Source: a virus. Taken from it: a stretch of 64,000 nt of DNA. This document shows, one piece after another, positions 17,827 through 28,066 of this stretch (position 1 is its first letter; the number at the start of each line of letters is the position of its first letter). The stretch lies in the IMG/VR virus record IMGVR_UViG_3300008110_010375; one strand, written 5' to 3'. Made by a program: the position numbers and the translations under genes. The notes under the pieces were generated by a model, which was given only the letters and a program-made list of their open reading frames with translations, had not been told where the DNA came from and made no database searches.

Positions 17827-19854
17827 ATGCCATTTCAAGTAAGTCCTGGCGTCAACGTCTCTGAAGTCGATCTTACCACCATCGTCCCTGCGGTGTCAAC
17901 CACTCAGGGTGCGATCGCGGGCGTCTTCAGGTGGGGACCGGTTAACGAGAGAGTTTTGATCTCTAGCGAAGATGAACTCGTCGCAACTTTCGGACGCCCA
18001 ACCGCAAACAACTACGAAACTTTCTTCACAGCCTCAAGCTTCTTGGCCTACGGCAATCAGCTCTACGTCGTTCGCTCTAATGCATCTAATGCCTACAACT
18101 CAGTGGCGGCGGTCAACAGCTCAGTCTCTTTCGCCAACACGAGCGTAAGGAACAGCGAATCATACGATAACCAAGTTGGAACTTTTGATGCAAACGCATA
18201 CTGGATCGGTAAGTACGCCGGCTACCAAGGCAACAGCTTGAAGATCTCGACCTGTGAATCGACGAACGCCTACTCGGCCACCTTGACCGGTAACTCGGAC
18301 AGCGTTCCGGCCTTTAGCTTTACGATTAACAGCAACACCCTTCAAATCGTCGTGACTTCAGCCACTTCGAACACCAACGCCAACACGATGGCCAACACAA
18401 TCGTCAACCTACTTAACGTTGGCGACTACGTGGTAGCTGGTAACTCAACACTCGGCACTCAGAACATCAAGATCACCTCGATCGGTGCACCTTCGGTGAC
18501 TGCGAACTCGACGGTCTACACGGCTCAGGCAAACATCTCGCTTTCGACCACCTATAACTTGTCGCAGAACGTTAGCTCAAACTCCGTTACCCGTTACTGG
18601 GAGTTCTTCAACTTCGTCGATGCCGCACCTGGCACCTCGAGGTACACTTCATCGCTCGGCGGCGCCGGCGACGAGCTCCATGTCGCGGTTGTCGACGAAG
18701 ACGGCGTCTTCACCGGCACGGCTGGTCAAGTTCTTGAGATCTGGAAAGGTCTCTCACGCGCTTCGGATGCAAAGACCGAAGACGGCGCGACGAACTTCTA
18801 TCAGACCGTTATCAACCAGCAGTCGCAGTACGTCTGGTTCGCCAACGCAAGGTCCGGCGTGACTTCAAACACCGCTTCCAACATGACGGCGATCACGGTT
18901 GGTCCCTACACCCAGTCGTTCCGCAGCGGGTACGACGGCGTGACTGAGACGACTCAGACTCTGGCAAACCTGACGGACGCGTATTCCAAGTTCGCCAAGA
19001 CCGAACAGGTCGACGTCTCGCTCATCCTTACAGGAAAGAATCAGTATGGTGCGCTCGGTGAGGGTCTCGCAAACTGGATCATCGACAACATCGCTGAAGT
19101 TCGCAAGGACTGCATCGTTCTCGTGTCTCCTCCTAAGAGCCTCGTTGTCGCGACTTCGTCCCACAGCCCAGCTGATTCATTGGTGACCTTCCGCAACGCG
19201 GTCCACAACAGCTCATACGCCGTCATGGATTCAGGATACAAGTACATGTACGACAAGTACAACGATACGTATCGCTGGGTTCCTTTGAACGGCGACGTCG
19301 CTGGAACGATCGTTCGCACCGACAACACGAGGGATCCTTGGTTCTCACCCGCAGGCTTCAACCGCGGTCAGATCAAGAACGTTGTGAAGCTCGCCTTCAA
19401 CCCAGACAAAACCGACAGGGACGTCATCTATAAAGCTGACATCAACCCAGTCGTCAACTTTCCTGGTGAAGGAACTGTTCTCTACGGTGATAAGACCCTT
19501 CTCGGTAAGCCTTCGGCTTTCGATAGGATCAACGTTCGCCGCCTCTTCATCGTCCTCGAGAAGGCGATCTCGACCTCCGCGAAGTTCACCCTCTTTGAAT
19601 TCAACGATGAGTTCACTAGGGCGACGTTCCGCAACCTCGTCGAGCCTTACCTCAGGGACATTAAGGGCCGTCGCGGCATCTACGACTTCCGAGTCGTGTG
19701 TGACGAGACCAACAACACACCTGAGCGCATCGATCGCAACGAGTTCTGGGGCGACATCTACATCAAGCCGGCGCGTTCGATCAACTTCATCCAGCTTAAC
19801 TTCGTCGCGGTGCGAACCGGAGTTCAGTTCGATGAGATCGTCGGTAGGGTATAA
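17827..19854 (+). CDS. 18: tail sheath protein gp18
   Basis: SPGV...E.DLT, WFSPAG.NRG, FDRINVRRLF, IKPARSINFI.LNF. Confidence 0.97.
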   Translation: MPFQVSPGVNVSEVDLTTIVPAVSTTQGAIAGVFRWGPVNERVLISSEDELVATFGRPTANNYETFFTASSFLAYGNQLYVVRSNASNAYNSVAAVNSSVSFANTSVRNSESYDNQVGTFDANAYWIGKYAGYQGNSLKISTCESTNAYSATLTGNSDSVPAFSFTINSNTLQIVVTSATSNTNANTMANTIVNLLNVGDYVVAGNSTLGTQNIKITSIGAPSVTANSTVYTAQANISLSTTYNLSQNVSSNSVTRYWEFFNFVDAAPGTSRYTSSLGGAGDELHVAVVDEDGVFTGTAGQVLEIWKGLSRASDAKTEDGATNFYQTVINQQSQYVWFANARSGVTSNTASNMTAITVGPYTQSFRSGYDGVTETTQTLANLTDAYSKFAKTEQVDVSLILTGKNQYGALGEGLANWIIDNIAEVRKDCIVLVSPPKSLVVATSSHSPADSLVTFRNAVHNSSYAVMDSGYKYMYDKYNDTYRWVPLNGDVAGTIVRTDNTRDPWFSPAGFNRGQIKNVVKLAFNPDKTDRDVIYKADINPVVNFPGEGTVLYGDKTLLGKPSAFDRINVRRLFIVLEKAISTSAKFTLFEFNDEFTRATFRNLVEPYLRDIKGRRGIYDFRVVCDETNNTPERIDRNEFWGDIYIKPARSINFIQLNFVAVRTGVQFDEIVGRV

Positions 19855-19866
19855 TAGGAGCTAAAG

Positions 19867-20421
19867 ATGGCATTTTCAATCAACGACATTAGGGCTCAAC
19901 TTACTCTCGGTGGCGCTCGCCCAGCACTCTTTCAAGTCACCATCACGAACCCAGTCTCGGCCATCGCCGACCTCAAGGTTCCATTCCTCACGGTGAGGGC
20001 GGAGATTCCGGCCTCAACCATAGGCAACATCGCAGTTCCATACTTCGGCCGCAAGATCTACGTGGCCGGAGACCGCACCTTCGCGCCGTGGACGGTCACA
20101 GTCATGAACGACGAAGACTTCCTCATCCGCAACGCGATGGAACAGTGGAACAACTCGATCAACGCCTACGAAGGCAACATCAACAAGCTTGGCTCGGGAG
20201 CTCCTGCGCTCTATAAGTCTCAAGCTACGGTGACTCAATTCGGTAAAGCCGGAGAAGTGCTCAGGACCTACCAGTTCAACGGCATCTTCCCCGTCGAAGT
20301 CTCGAATATCGGTCTTGACTGGAACGCTCAAGACCAGCTGGAGGAGTTCAACGTAACCTTCCTCTACGACAACTTCGAGGTGGTCGGCGGCATCACCGGC
20401 AACGCCGGCGGCGCGATCTAA
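19867..20421 (+). CDS. 19: tail tube protein gp19
   Basis: GGARP.LF.V, GRKI..AGDRTF..W.VT..NDEDF. Confidence 0.95.
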   Translation: MAFSINDIRAQLTLGGARPALFQVTITNPVSAIADLKVPFLTVRAEIPASTIGNIAVPYFGRKIYVAGDRTFAPWTVTVMNDEDFLIRNAMEQWNNSINAYEGNINKLGSGAPALYKSQATVTQFGKAGEVLRTYQFNGIFPVEVSNIGLDWNAQDQLEEFNVTFLYDNFEVVGGITGNAGGAI

Positions 20422-20432
20422 CGACTTTGATG

Positions 20433-20465
20433 GAGCCGCTATAAATAAACCTATAGCGGCTCTTT
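20433..20465 (+). terminator. hairpin terminator overlapping a late promoter (TATAAATA 20440-20447)
   Basis: GAGCCGCTATA-8 nt-TATAGCGGCTC followed by TTT. Confidence 0.6.
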
Positions 20466-20479
20466 CATAGGAAATCATT

Positions 20480-22039
20480 ATGCAGTTATTTGGTTTTGAG
20501 ATCAAGAGAAAAGAAGAGCAGCCTCTTGAGTCCTTCGCTCCCGAGATAAAAGACGATGGTGCAGTGGTCGTTGCCGCAGGAGGCATGTACGGCACCTACA
20601 TCGATCTTGATGGGACCGCGAGGACGGAGGCTGAGCTCGTTTCTAAGTACAGGGAGATCTCACTCGAAGCCGAGATCGAGAGAGCCGTTGACGACATCGT
20701 CAATGAAGCCATCGACACGGACTCGGACGAAGTGGTCAAGATCAACCTCGACAACATCGAATACAGCGACGACGTAAAGAATAAGATCCGCGAGGAGTTC
20801 GACCACATCCTTGAGATGTTCAACTTCCAGAACGAAGCCTATGAGATCTTTAAGCGCTGGTACGTCGACGGTCGCCTCTACTACCACGTAATCATCGATG
20901 AGAAGAATCCTAGGGCCGGAATCCAAGAGATCCGATACCTTGATCCGCGAAAGATCCGTAAGGTTCGCGAGGTCAAGAAGGAGCCTAAGGGTCCCATCAC
21001 CATTCAAAAGACGAAGCGCGAGTACTTCGTGTACTCAGATCGCTCGTTCGTAGCCGCCCCAGGAAACGCTGGATTGGCGCAGGACAACAACTCAACCGGC
21101 GGCCTTCGCATAGCCACCGACTCGATCCTTCACGTCACATCTGGACTGATGGACAAGAACAACCAGATGGTCTACTCATACCTGCAGAAAGCCATCAAGC
21201 CTCTCAATCAACTTAGGACGCTCGAAGATGCTACAGTCATCTATCGTATTAGTCGCGCTCCTGAGCGCCGTATTTTCTATATTGATGTCGGTAATCTACC
21301 GAAGGTGAAGGCCGAGCAGTACCTTCGCGATATGATGGTTCGCCATAAGAATCGTCTCGTCTACGACGCTGTCACCGGCGAGGTTCGCGACGATCGCAAG
21401 TACATGACGATGCTTGAAGACTACTGGCTCCCCCGTCGTGAGGGCAACCGTGGAACGGAGATCACAACCCTTCCAGCCGGTCAGAACCTCGGTGAGATGC
21501 AGGACGTCGAGTACTTTCAGATGAAGCTGTTTCGCTCTCTCAACGTTCCGGTCTCAAGGCTCAACACCGAGACGGCGAACGTATTGGGCAGGGCCTCGGA
21601 GATCTCACGCGATGAGGTCAAGTTCACCAAGTTCGTTGGTCGCCTGCGCCGTAGGTTCTCAATGCTCTTCCTTGAAGCTCTCAAGAAGCAGCTCATCCTC
21701 AAGGGCGTCTGCTCGGAGGAGGATTGGTCGGAGCTTCAGCAGCAGATCAACTTCAACTTCAACAAGGACAATCACTTCGAGGAGTTCAAGGAGATCGAGG
21801 TGATGCAAGGAAGGTTGAACCTTCTCAACCAGATGATGCCGTACATCGGTCGCTACTACTCAGACCTCTGGATCCGTAAGAACATCCTCAAGATGGATGA
21901 GAAGGAGATCGCGGACATGATGGATGAGATGGCGGGTGAGAAAGTTCCACTCACTACACCTATTGAGCCGGGACAACCGTCACCACCGCCGCCGATCGCC
22001 AACAAGCCGAACATCCCAGGAACCGGCGAACAGTACTAA
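20480..22039 (+). CDS. 20: portal protein gp20
   Basis: WYVDGR, RAPERRIFYIDVGNLP, EDYWLPRREG..GTEI.TLP. Confidence 0.97.
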   Translation: MQLFGFEIKRKEEQPLESFAPEIKDDGAVVVAAGGMYGTYIDLDGTARTEAELVSKYREISLEAEIERAVDDIVNEAIDTDSDEVVKINLDNIEYSDDVKNKIREEFDHILEMFNFQNEAYEIFKRWYVDGRLYYHVIIDEKNPRAGIQEIRYLDPRKIRKVREVKKEPKGPITIQKTKREYFVYSDRSFVAAPGNAGLAQDNNSTGGLRIATDSILHVTSGLMDKNNQMVYSYLQKAIKPLNQLRTLEDATVIYRISRAPERRIFYIDVGNLPKVKAEQYLRDMMVRHKNRLVYDAVTGEVRDDRKYMTMLEDYWLPRREGNRGTEITTLPAGQNLGEMQDVEYFQMKLFRSLNVPVSRLNTETANVLGRASEISRDEVKFTKFVGRLRRRFSMLFLEALKKQLILKGVCSEEDWSELQQQINFNFNKDNHFEEFKEIEVMQGRLNLLNQMMPYIGRYYSDLWIRKNILKMDEKEIADMMDEMAGEKVPLTTPIEPGQPSPPPPIANKPNIPGTGEQY

Positions 22040-22042
22040 TTT

Positions 22043-22050
22043 TATAAATA
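22043..22050 (+). promoter_or_regulatory. T4-type late promoter
   Basis: TATAAATA. Confidence 0.8.
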
Positions 22051-22072
22051 CTATGAGATTTTGGAGGATTTT

Positions 22073-22312
22073 ATGACTGAACTTTCTGATATTTTTCACT
22101 CGGCGTTCACAAAAGACGCCGTCGGACTCAAAGCGGCCGTCGACGCAGCGCTTTCAGCGCGCTCGCAGGAAGCTGTATCAAACATCACCGCCGACGTCGC
22201 GGCGAGCATGTTTGGTATGACCGTCGGCGATGAAGTCGAAGTAGACTCCTCCGACACGGATTCAAACATCGAAGACTCAAGTCAGGAAGAACAAACCGAT
22301 GAAGCTCTATGA
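22073..22312 (+). CDS. prohead core protein (gp67-like)
   Basis: small acidic protein directly after portal; GGAGG RBS before ATG 22073. Confidence 0.6.
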   Translation: MTELSDIFHSAFTKDAVGLKAAVDAALSARSQEAVSNITADVAASMFGMTVGDEVEVDSSDTDSNIEDSSQEEQTDEAL

Positions 22313-24284
22313 CAAACTTAAGAAAAGCATAACGGAAGTTCAAGAGCCTCTCTCACAGGGCGAGAAGAACTTCAAAGCCCTTCACAACCCAGACTTCAAG
22401 AACCTCGTTCCCGGCGTCACCGATCAGGAGCACCTGTTCAAGGGTTCACCTCAGCGCAAGGATCCTAAGACCGCGTCCTATGAAGACAGCGAGTCGGCCC
22501 AAGCCTATGATAAGACTTTGAACGTTGAAGAAGAAGCTGAGATCGATGAAGCTCGGTCGAATCTCTACATCGGCACCGTTCACAAGGACGACCCCGACTA
22601 TGAGAAGAAAGTCGGCGAGATGAAGAAGAAGGCCGTCGGCGGACACCGCGTTCGCGGTCGCGCCCCGCTCGAAAAGTTCAAGCACCTCTATAAGAAGGGC
22701 GGAGAGCTTTATACCATGACTTCACAGGACGTTAAGCCTGAGCACAGCGCACGGGTCGATGTCTACTCAAGGAAGCCGATGAAGAACGAAGAGGTCGAGC
22801 AGGTCGAAGAAGAGCATCAGTACATTGAAGTAAAGAACAAGCACACCGGCGCAATTAAGCACGTTAAAGTTCACCCCTCAAAAGCTTTCGCGGCTCTGAA
22901 TCAATATAAAGATAAGAACAACACCGCTCGCATCGTGAATAAGAAGCCGATGAAGGAAGACGTTGAGCAGATCGACGAAGTCATCACAAAGAAGACTCCG
23001 CTCGCTAAAGTCATCTCAGACTTCGTTCACAGCAAGAACCCTAAATTCGCCGGTAAGTCTAAGAAGCAGCGCATGAAGCAGGCCCTCGGAGCCTACTACG
23101 CCATGCAGCGCAACGAAGACGTTGACACGGAGAGCGACGACTACGACTTTGAAGGCATCATGGCGAAGACCGAGCTCTCGGCGCTTCGCGATAAAGCCGA
23201 CAAGCTCATCTCTATGATCAACGATTCAGACGACCTTGAAGCTTGGGTTCAGTCAAAGATCTCATACGCCAAGTCGCAGCTCGACGGCGTCTACGACTAT
23301 ATGACCTACAGCGGTGAGCATAAGCCTCAGAAGCCGATGGATCAGACTTCACCGATGGCCGCCAACTACGCGAACTTCATGAACCGCATGGGTGAGGAGT
23401 TCGTCGTTGAGAAGAAGGGCGACGACGAAGATGAGTCGGACCGCGCGGCGAACAAGAACATCATCAACCAGATGCGTAAAGCTCCGGTCGACGGCATGCA
23501 TAAGATCACCTTTGAGAACGGCAAGAAGCACATGATCGAGCCTAAGCACGTCGCGAAGGCTTTGGAAGTTCACGCGAACACTCCGGTCGCCAAGGGCGCG
23601 AAGGAAGAGGTTCAGAACGCCCTCGGTCGCTCGCACGAAGACTTCATGCACGTCGTCAAGCACGGTAAAGCTCCGGCTGTGAAGCCTAAGCCCAAGGTGT
23701 CGCTCGGCACGATGCGCAAGGAAGAGGTTGATATGCCCACCCGCGAAAGTGGGAAGAAGGCCCGTCAAGCTATGACGATGATCGATCCAACCACCGGTCG
23801 CGTTAAGGTGAAGTACTTCACCCCAGCCCGCAAGGAGATCAAGGTCACCGCCGAGGAGCTCAAGGGCAACCAACATAAGATCGACGCGAACAAGAACGGC
23901 AAGATCGACGGCCAAGACTTTAAGATCCTTCGCGGCAAGAAAAAGGTTCAAGAAGCCGAGGAGATGACGGCAGCCAACGTCGCGAAAGCTGCCGCCTCTC
24001 AGACTCAGCACGGCGTAGTCGGCAAGGAGAACATGCAGCAGGACAGCATCGACAAGATGAAGTCCGATCCGTTGGCCTCAAAGGAGAAGGTTACCCTTCC
24101 GCCGACACAGGGCAACAAGCCGATCGGTGGCGACACACAGACCCATGCAAACGTCGCTGAACAGCTGTTAAATAAGTTGTATGATACTTTATCGGAAGAA
24201 AACAAAGAGAAGTTTGAACAGATGCTTGAGACCGACGAAGGTGTTCAGTATCTCTTAGACTTCGCAAGAGAGCAGGGACTTTGA
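22299..24284 (+). CDS. large charged prohead-core/internal head protein
   Basis: between gp67-like and gp21; modules separated by K/NEE-type acidic linkers; DANKNGKIDGQD EF-hand-like loop. Confidence 0.6.
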   Translation: MKLYDKLKKSITEVQEPLSQGEKNFKALHNPDFKNLVPGVTDQEHLFKGSPQRKDPKTASYEDSESAQAYDKTLNVEEEAEIDEARSNLYIGTVHKDDPDYEKKVGEMKKKAVGGHRVRGRAPLEKFKHLYKKGGELYTMTSQDVKPEHSARVDVYSRKPMKNEEVEQVEEEHQYIEVKNKHTGAIKHVKVHPSKAFAALNQYKDKNNTARIVNKKPMKEDVEQIDEVITKKTPLAKVISDFVHSKNPKFAGKSKKQRMKQALGAYYAMQRNEDVDTESDDYDFEGIMAKTELSALRDKADKLISMINDSDDLEAWVQSKISYAKSQLDGVYDYMTYSGEHKPQKPMDQTSPMAANYANFMNRMGEEFVVEKKGDDEDESDRAANKNIINQMRKAPVDGMHKITFENGKKHMIEPKHVAKALEVHANTPVAKGAKEEVQNALGRSHEDFMHVVKHGKAPAVKPKPKVSLGTMRKEEVDMPTRESGKKARQAMTMIDPTTGRVKVKYFTPARKEIKVTAEELKGNQHKIDANKNGKIDGQDFKILRGKKKVQEAEEMTAANVAKAAASQTQHGVVGKENMQQDSIDKMKSDPLASKEKVTLPPTQGNKPIGGDTQTHANVAEQLLNKLYDTLSEENKEKFEQMLETDEGVQYLLDFAREQGL

Positions 24285-24532
24285 TGCCTAATTCAATCAA
24301 ACCAATCGGCGCTGAAAGATCCATTGCTTCGGCAAACAACGTCGCTTCGGCCAAGCTCGTAAGGGTGATCAACACCGGAGCCGCCGCGGTGCTCAACTTC
24401 GCCTATGCGAACGCCACGGTATACGCCAACGTCACGGTCACGAACACAGAGTTCGTGGTCGTTGAGAAGCAACCAACCGACACACTCACCGGTGCAAATA
24501 TGCTCGCGACCCCGCTTGCGTATACACACTGA
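24281..24532 (+). CDS. small hypothetical head-region protein
   Basis: ORF between the core protein and gp21. Confidence 0.6.
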   Translation: MMPNSIKPIGAERSIASANNVASAKLVRVINTGAAAVLNFAYANATVYANVTVTNTEFVVVEKQPTDTLTGANMLATPLAYTH

Positions 24533-24542
24533 GGAAACTAAG

Positions 24543-25202
24543 ATGAAGCTCATAGCAGAACTAAACGAATCGGTCAAGGTCATAACCGAAGAGGGAGTGG
24601 AGGGCAAGAAGAACCTCTACATCCACGGACCGTTCATCCAAACTGAGGTAAAGAACCGCAACGGTCGCATGTATCGTCGCGAGTCGGTCGCCCGAGAAGT
24701 CAACAGGTACAACGAGGAGTACGTCAACAAGGGACGCGCACTCGGTGAGCTCGGCCATCCCGATGGTCCCTCATTGAACCTCGATCGCGTCTCACACAAG
24801 ATCGTCTCGCTGGTGCCGGAAGGCAACGACTTCATAGGTAAGGCGCAGATCCTCTCCACCCCGATGGGTGAGATCGCCCGCAACCTCATCGAGTCCGGCG
24901 TCCAGCTCGGAGTCTCGACTCGCGGCATGGGTTCACTCAAAGAAGTGAACGGCGTCCAAGTTGTACAGGACGACTTCTACCTCGCCACGGCAGCCGACAT
25001 AGTCGCCGACCCGTCCGCCCCGAACGCCTTCGTAAACGGCATCATGGAGGGCGTAGATTGGGTCTGGGACAACGGCCTGCTCAAGGCTCAGGAGCTGGAG
25101 AAAGCAAAGAAACACATTGAAGAGTCCGCCCGCAAGGTGAACAAGAAGGAGCTCGAAGAGGCTCAACTCCGGATCTTCAAGCATTTCGTTTCAAATCTTT
25201 GA
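24543..25202 (+). CDS. 21: prohead protease gp21
   Basis: MKLI.E start, NRNGR.Y, ALGELGHP, GVSTRGMGSL, D.VADPSAP.AFV. Confidence 0.96.
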   Translation: MKLIAELNESVKVITEEGVEGKKNLYIHGPFIQTEVKNRNGRMYRRESVAREVNRYNEEYVNKGRALGELGHPDGPSLNLDRVSHKIVSLVPEGNDFIGKAQILSTPMGEIARNLIESGVQLGVSTRGMGSLKEVNGVQVVQDDFYLATAADIVADPSAPNAFVNGIMEGVDWVWDNGLLKAQELEKAKKHIEESARKVNKKELEEAQLRIFKHFVSNL

Positions 25203-25206
25203 GTTT

Positions 25207-25214
25207 TATAAATA
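25207..25214 (+). promoter_or_regulatory. T4-type late promoter
   Basis: TATAAATA. Confidence 0.8.
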
Positions 25215-25240
25215 CTTTAAGAAAAAACAGGAGTATTCTA

Positions 25241-26299
25241 ATGTCTGAAGAAAACTTGAACCACGAAGATCTTGAAATCGACACCCAAGTGGCGGTCGAA
25301 GAAGAGACTTCAAACGCAGGCACGATCGCCGCAAAGCCGACCGTGTCTCGCTCAGACCTTATCAGGAACATGGTTTCATACGCGACGAAGATGGGTTCGG
25401 AAGAGCTCGCTGACTTCGTTGCCCGCATCGGCTCAGCTGAAGAGATGACCTCTTCAAACGACGCCAACTACGCTTCATCCGTGCAGGTCACAGGCGACGC
25501 GTCTGCAAAGAACAAGGGATCGATCAAGTCAGCCGGCGCGCCGGAAGAAGCAGCTAAGGCGCTTCCTTCGGCTGTCAAGGAAGACCTCGCCCTCGTGTTC
25601 GGCAACTCGCTCGATCTCTCGGAAGAGTTCAAAGATAAGATCTCGACCCTCTTCGAAGCCGCGGTCATGACCCGCGTCGACCTCGAGAGGGTTCGCATCG
25701 AAGAAGAAGTCGCCGCTGAAGCTGAACAAGCCCTCGAGTCGCTCAAGGAAGAGATGGAGTCGAACATCGACGCCTACCTCAACTACGCAGTGGCTGAGTG
25801 GCTCGAGCAGAACAAGCTCGCGGTTGAGAACAACATCAAGGTTGAGATGGCTGAGTCTTTCTTTGCCGGCCTCCACAACCTCTTCACTGAACACTACATC
25901 GACATCCCGAACGAAGAAGTCAGCGTCGTTGAGTCGCTGATGGCTGAAGTCGAGGAGTTGAAGTCTCAAGTCAATGAGACGACTGAAAAGAACATCGAGC
26001 TCACTAAGATCGTTTCCCAGAAGGAAGTGTCCGAGTCGGCCGCGAAGCTTGCGGAAGGCATGACAGACACCCAGAAGGAAAAGTTCACCAAGTTGATTGA
26101 AGCAGTTGACTATTCTTCCGTTGAAGAGTTCAACAAGAAAGCTAACATCATCAAGGAAACTTACTTTGCTAAAAGTGACGTCAAGGTGAATGCTGATCAG
26201 CTTCTCAGCGAATCAGTCGATGAGCCCGCGAAGCCGGAACATGTGGCACCTGAGATGCAGGCCTACGTTCAGTCGCTTTCTAGAACAATTAAGAAGTAA
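25241..26299 (+). CDS. 22: prohead scaffold protein gp22
   Basis: LSEEFK.K..TLFEAAV, YL.Y...EW..N.LAVE, IKETYF. Confidence 0.92.
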   Translation: MSEENLNHEDLEIDTQVAVEEETSNAGTIAAKPTVSRSDLIRNMVSYATKMGSEELADFVARIGSAEEMTSSNDANYASSVQVTGDASAKNKGSIKSAGAPEEAAKALPSAVKEDLALVFGNSLDLSEEFKDKISTLFEAAVMTRVDLERVRIEEEVAAEAEQALESLKEEMESNIDAYLNYAVAEWLEQNKLAVENNIKVEMAESFFAGLHNLFTEHYIDIPNEEVSVVESLMAEVEELKSQVNETTEKNIELTKIVSQKEVSESAAKLAEGMTDTQKEKFTKLIEAVDYSSVEEFNKKANIIKETYFAKSDVKVNADQLLSESVDEPAKPEHVAPEMQAYVQSLSRTIKK

Positions 26300-26304
26300 T
26301 TTTG

Positions 26305-26312
26305 GATAAATA
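26305..26312 (+). promoter_or_regulatory. late promoter variant
   Basis: GATAAATA upstream of gp23. Confidence 0.6.
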
Positions 26313-26339
26313 ATTAGAACCCCTCGAAAGGAGACAACA

Positions 26340-27716
26340 ATGGAAACCTTCAGCATTAAAGAAGAGTTGCTTAATAAGTGGAAGCCCGTGCTCGAGCACG
26401 GTGACCTTCCTTCTATTAAGGACGCTCATCGTCGCCGTGTCACCGCGCAGATCCTCGAGAACACCGAGATCGCGATCAAGGAACAGGCGATGTTCAATCC
26501 ACAGTCGTTGTTCGAAACTTCACCGACCAACTCTGTCGGCACCGGCGGCTACGCTGGCGCAGGCGGCACTGGCGTTGCTGGTTACGACCCGATCCTCATC
26601 TCTCTCGTTCGTCGCGCGATGCCTAACCTCATCGCATACGACATCTGCGGCGTCCAGCCGATGACCGGTCCTACCGGCCTCATCTTCGCGATGCGCGCAA
26701 ACTACGCCAACTCGACCGCTCGTACAACCGACGAAGCCTTGTACAACGAAGCGAACACCGCGTTCGCTTCACCTGGCATCTCCTCGGCCAACACGATCGG
26801 CAACAAGAACGTCGGTACAGTTCCTGGCACAACCGCTCAGACGACCGTCCTCGCCAACAGCAACATCTACAACTTTGCTGGCGGCGCGAACACCCAACAG
26901 GCTGAAGCGCTCGGTTCGACCTCGAACGTTGCCTTCGCTGAAATGGCGTTCTCGATCGACAAGCAGACCGTGACCGCGAAGTCACGCGCTCTCAAGGCAG
27001 AGTACACCATGGAACTCGCACAAGACCTTAAGGCGATCCATGGCCTCGACGCTGAGACAGAACTCGCGAACATCCTTCAGTCGGAAATCCTCGCGGAAAT
27101 CAACCGTGAAGTTGTTCGCTCGATCAACATCACCGCGGTCCGCGGCGCCAACACCGGCACCACGACTCAAGGCATCTTCGACCTCGACACCGACTCAAAC
27201 GGTCGTTGGTCGGTTGAAAAGTTCAAGGGCTTGATGTTCCAGATCGAACGCGAAGCCAACCAAATCGCGAAGGACACCCGTCGCGGTAAGGGTAACGTCA
27301 TCATCTGCTCGTCGGACGTCGCTTCGGCACTCCAGATGGCTGGCGTTCTTGACTACGCACCTGCTCTCAACAGCAACAACCTTCAGGTTGACGACACAGG
27401 CAACACCTTCGCCGGTGTGCTTAACGGCCGCTTCCGTGTCTACATCGACCCATACACCACCGGCAACTATATGACCGTTGGTTACAAGGGTGCCAACGTG
27501 TTCGACGCTGGTCTCTTCTACTGCCCATACGTTCCTCTCCAGATGGTTCGTGCGGTCGGTCAAGATACCTTCCAGCCGAAGATTGGCTTCAAGACTCGTT
27601 ACGGCATCGTACCGAACCCCTTCGCAAAGGGTGCAACCGCTGCTTCGGCAACCGGCGCGCTCGAAGAAGACACGAACGTCTACTATCGTCGTGTTCTCGT
27701 GTCGAACCTTCTCTGA
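26340..27716 (+). CDS. 23: major capsid protein gp23
   Basis: LVRRAMPNLIAYDICGVQPM.GPTGLIFAMR, ELAQDLKAIHGLDAE.EL, FQPKIGFKTRYG. Confidence 0.98.
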   Translation: METFSIKEELLNKWKPVLEHGDLPSIKDAHRRRVTAQILENTEIAIKEQAMFNPQSLFETSPTNSVGTGGYAGAGGTGVAGYDPILISLVRRAMPNLIAYDICGVQPMTGPTGLIFAMRANYANSTARTTDEALYNEANTAFASPGISSANTIGNKNVGTVPGTTAQTTVLANSNIYNFAGGANTQQAEALGSTSNVAFAEMAFSIDKQTVTAKSRALKAEYTMELAQDLKAIHGLDAETELANILQSEILAEINREVVRSINITAVRGANTGTTTQGIFDLDTDSNGRWSVEKFKGLMFQIEREANQIAKDTRRGKGNVIICSSDVASALQMAGVLDYAPALNSNNLQVDDTGNTFAGVLNGRFRVYIDPYTTGNYMTVGYKGANVFDAGLFYCPYVPLQMVRAVGQDTFQPKIGFKTRYGIVPNPFAKGATAASATGALEEDTNVYYRRVLVSNLL

Positions 27717-27747
27717 TAATAAACAGAAGAAGCTACTTAAAGAACTT

Positions 27748-27774
27748 AGGGGACCCTTCGGGGTCCCCTTTTTT
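27748..27774 (+). terminator. intrinsic terminator after gp23
   Basis: AGGGGACCC-TTCG-GGGTCCCCT then T-tract. Confidence 0.92.
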
Positions 27775-28066
27775 ATTCCACGACTACTCTCTTCCAGTCG
27801 CCGTCTTTACTCTTCAGCCATAGGTTTCCATCTTCACCCACTGACATTGATACCTGTTTATTCGGATCATATTGAGGAAAGTTGCCAATCATCATAGAAG
27901 AACTATTTCCAAGATACATCATTGTACCATCTTTCTTCTTAGCTCCCATTAGAGTCATTTTTACTGAATCTGCTAATGGTTCCCCCGTCGGCTTCTCCTT
28001 AGCAAACGCTTCAACCGCCATCAAAGGCGATAGGGCAAACATTCCAAATAGACTACGTCTGTTCAT
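27773..28066 (-). CDS. hypothetical protein with twin-arginine-like signal peptide
   Basis: MNRRSLFG...AVEAFA. Confidence 0.6.
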   Translation of the reverse strand: MNRRSLFGMFALSPLMAVEAFAKEKPTGEPLADSVKMTLMGAKKKDGTMMYLGNSSSMMIGNFPQYDPNKQVSMSVGEDGNLWLKSKDGDWKRVVVE

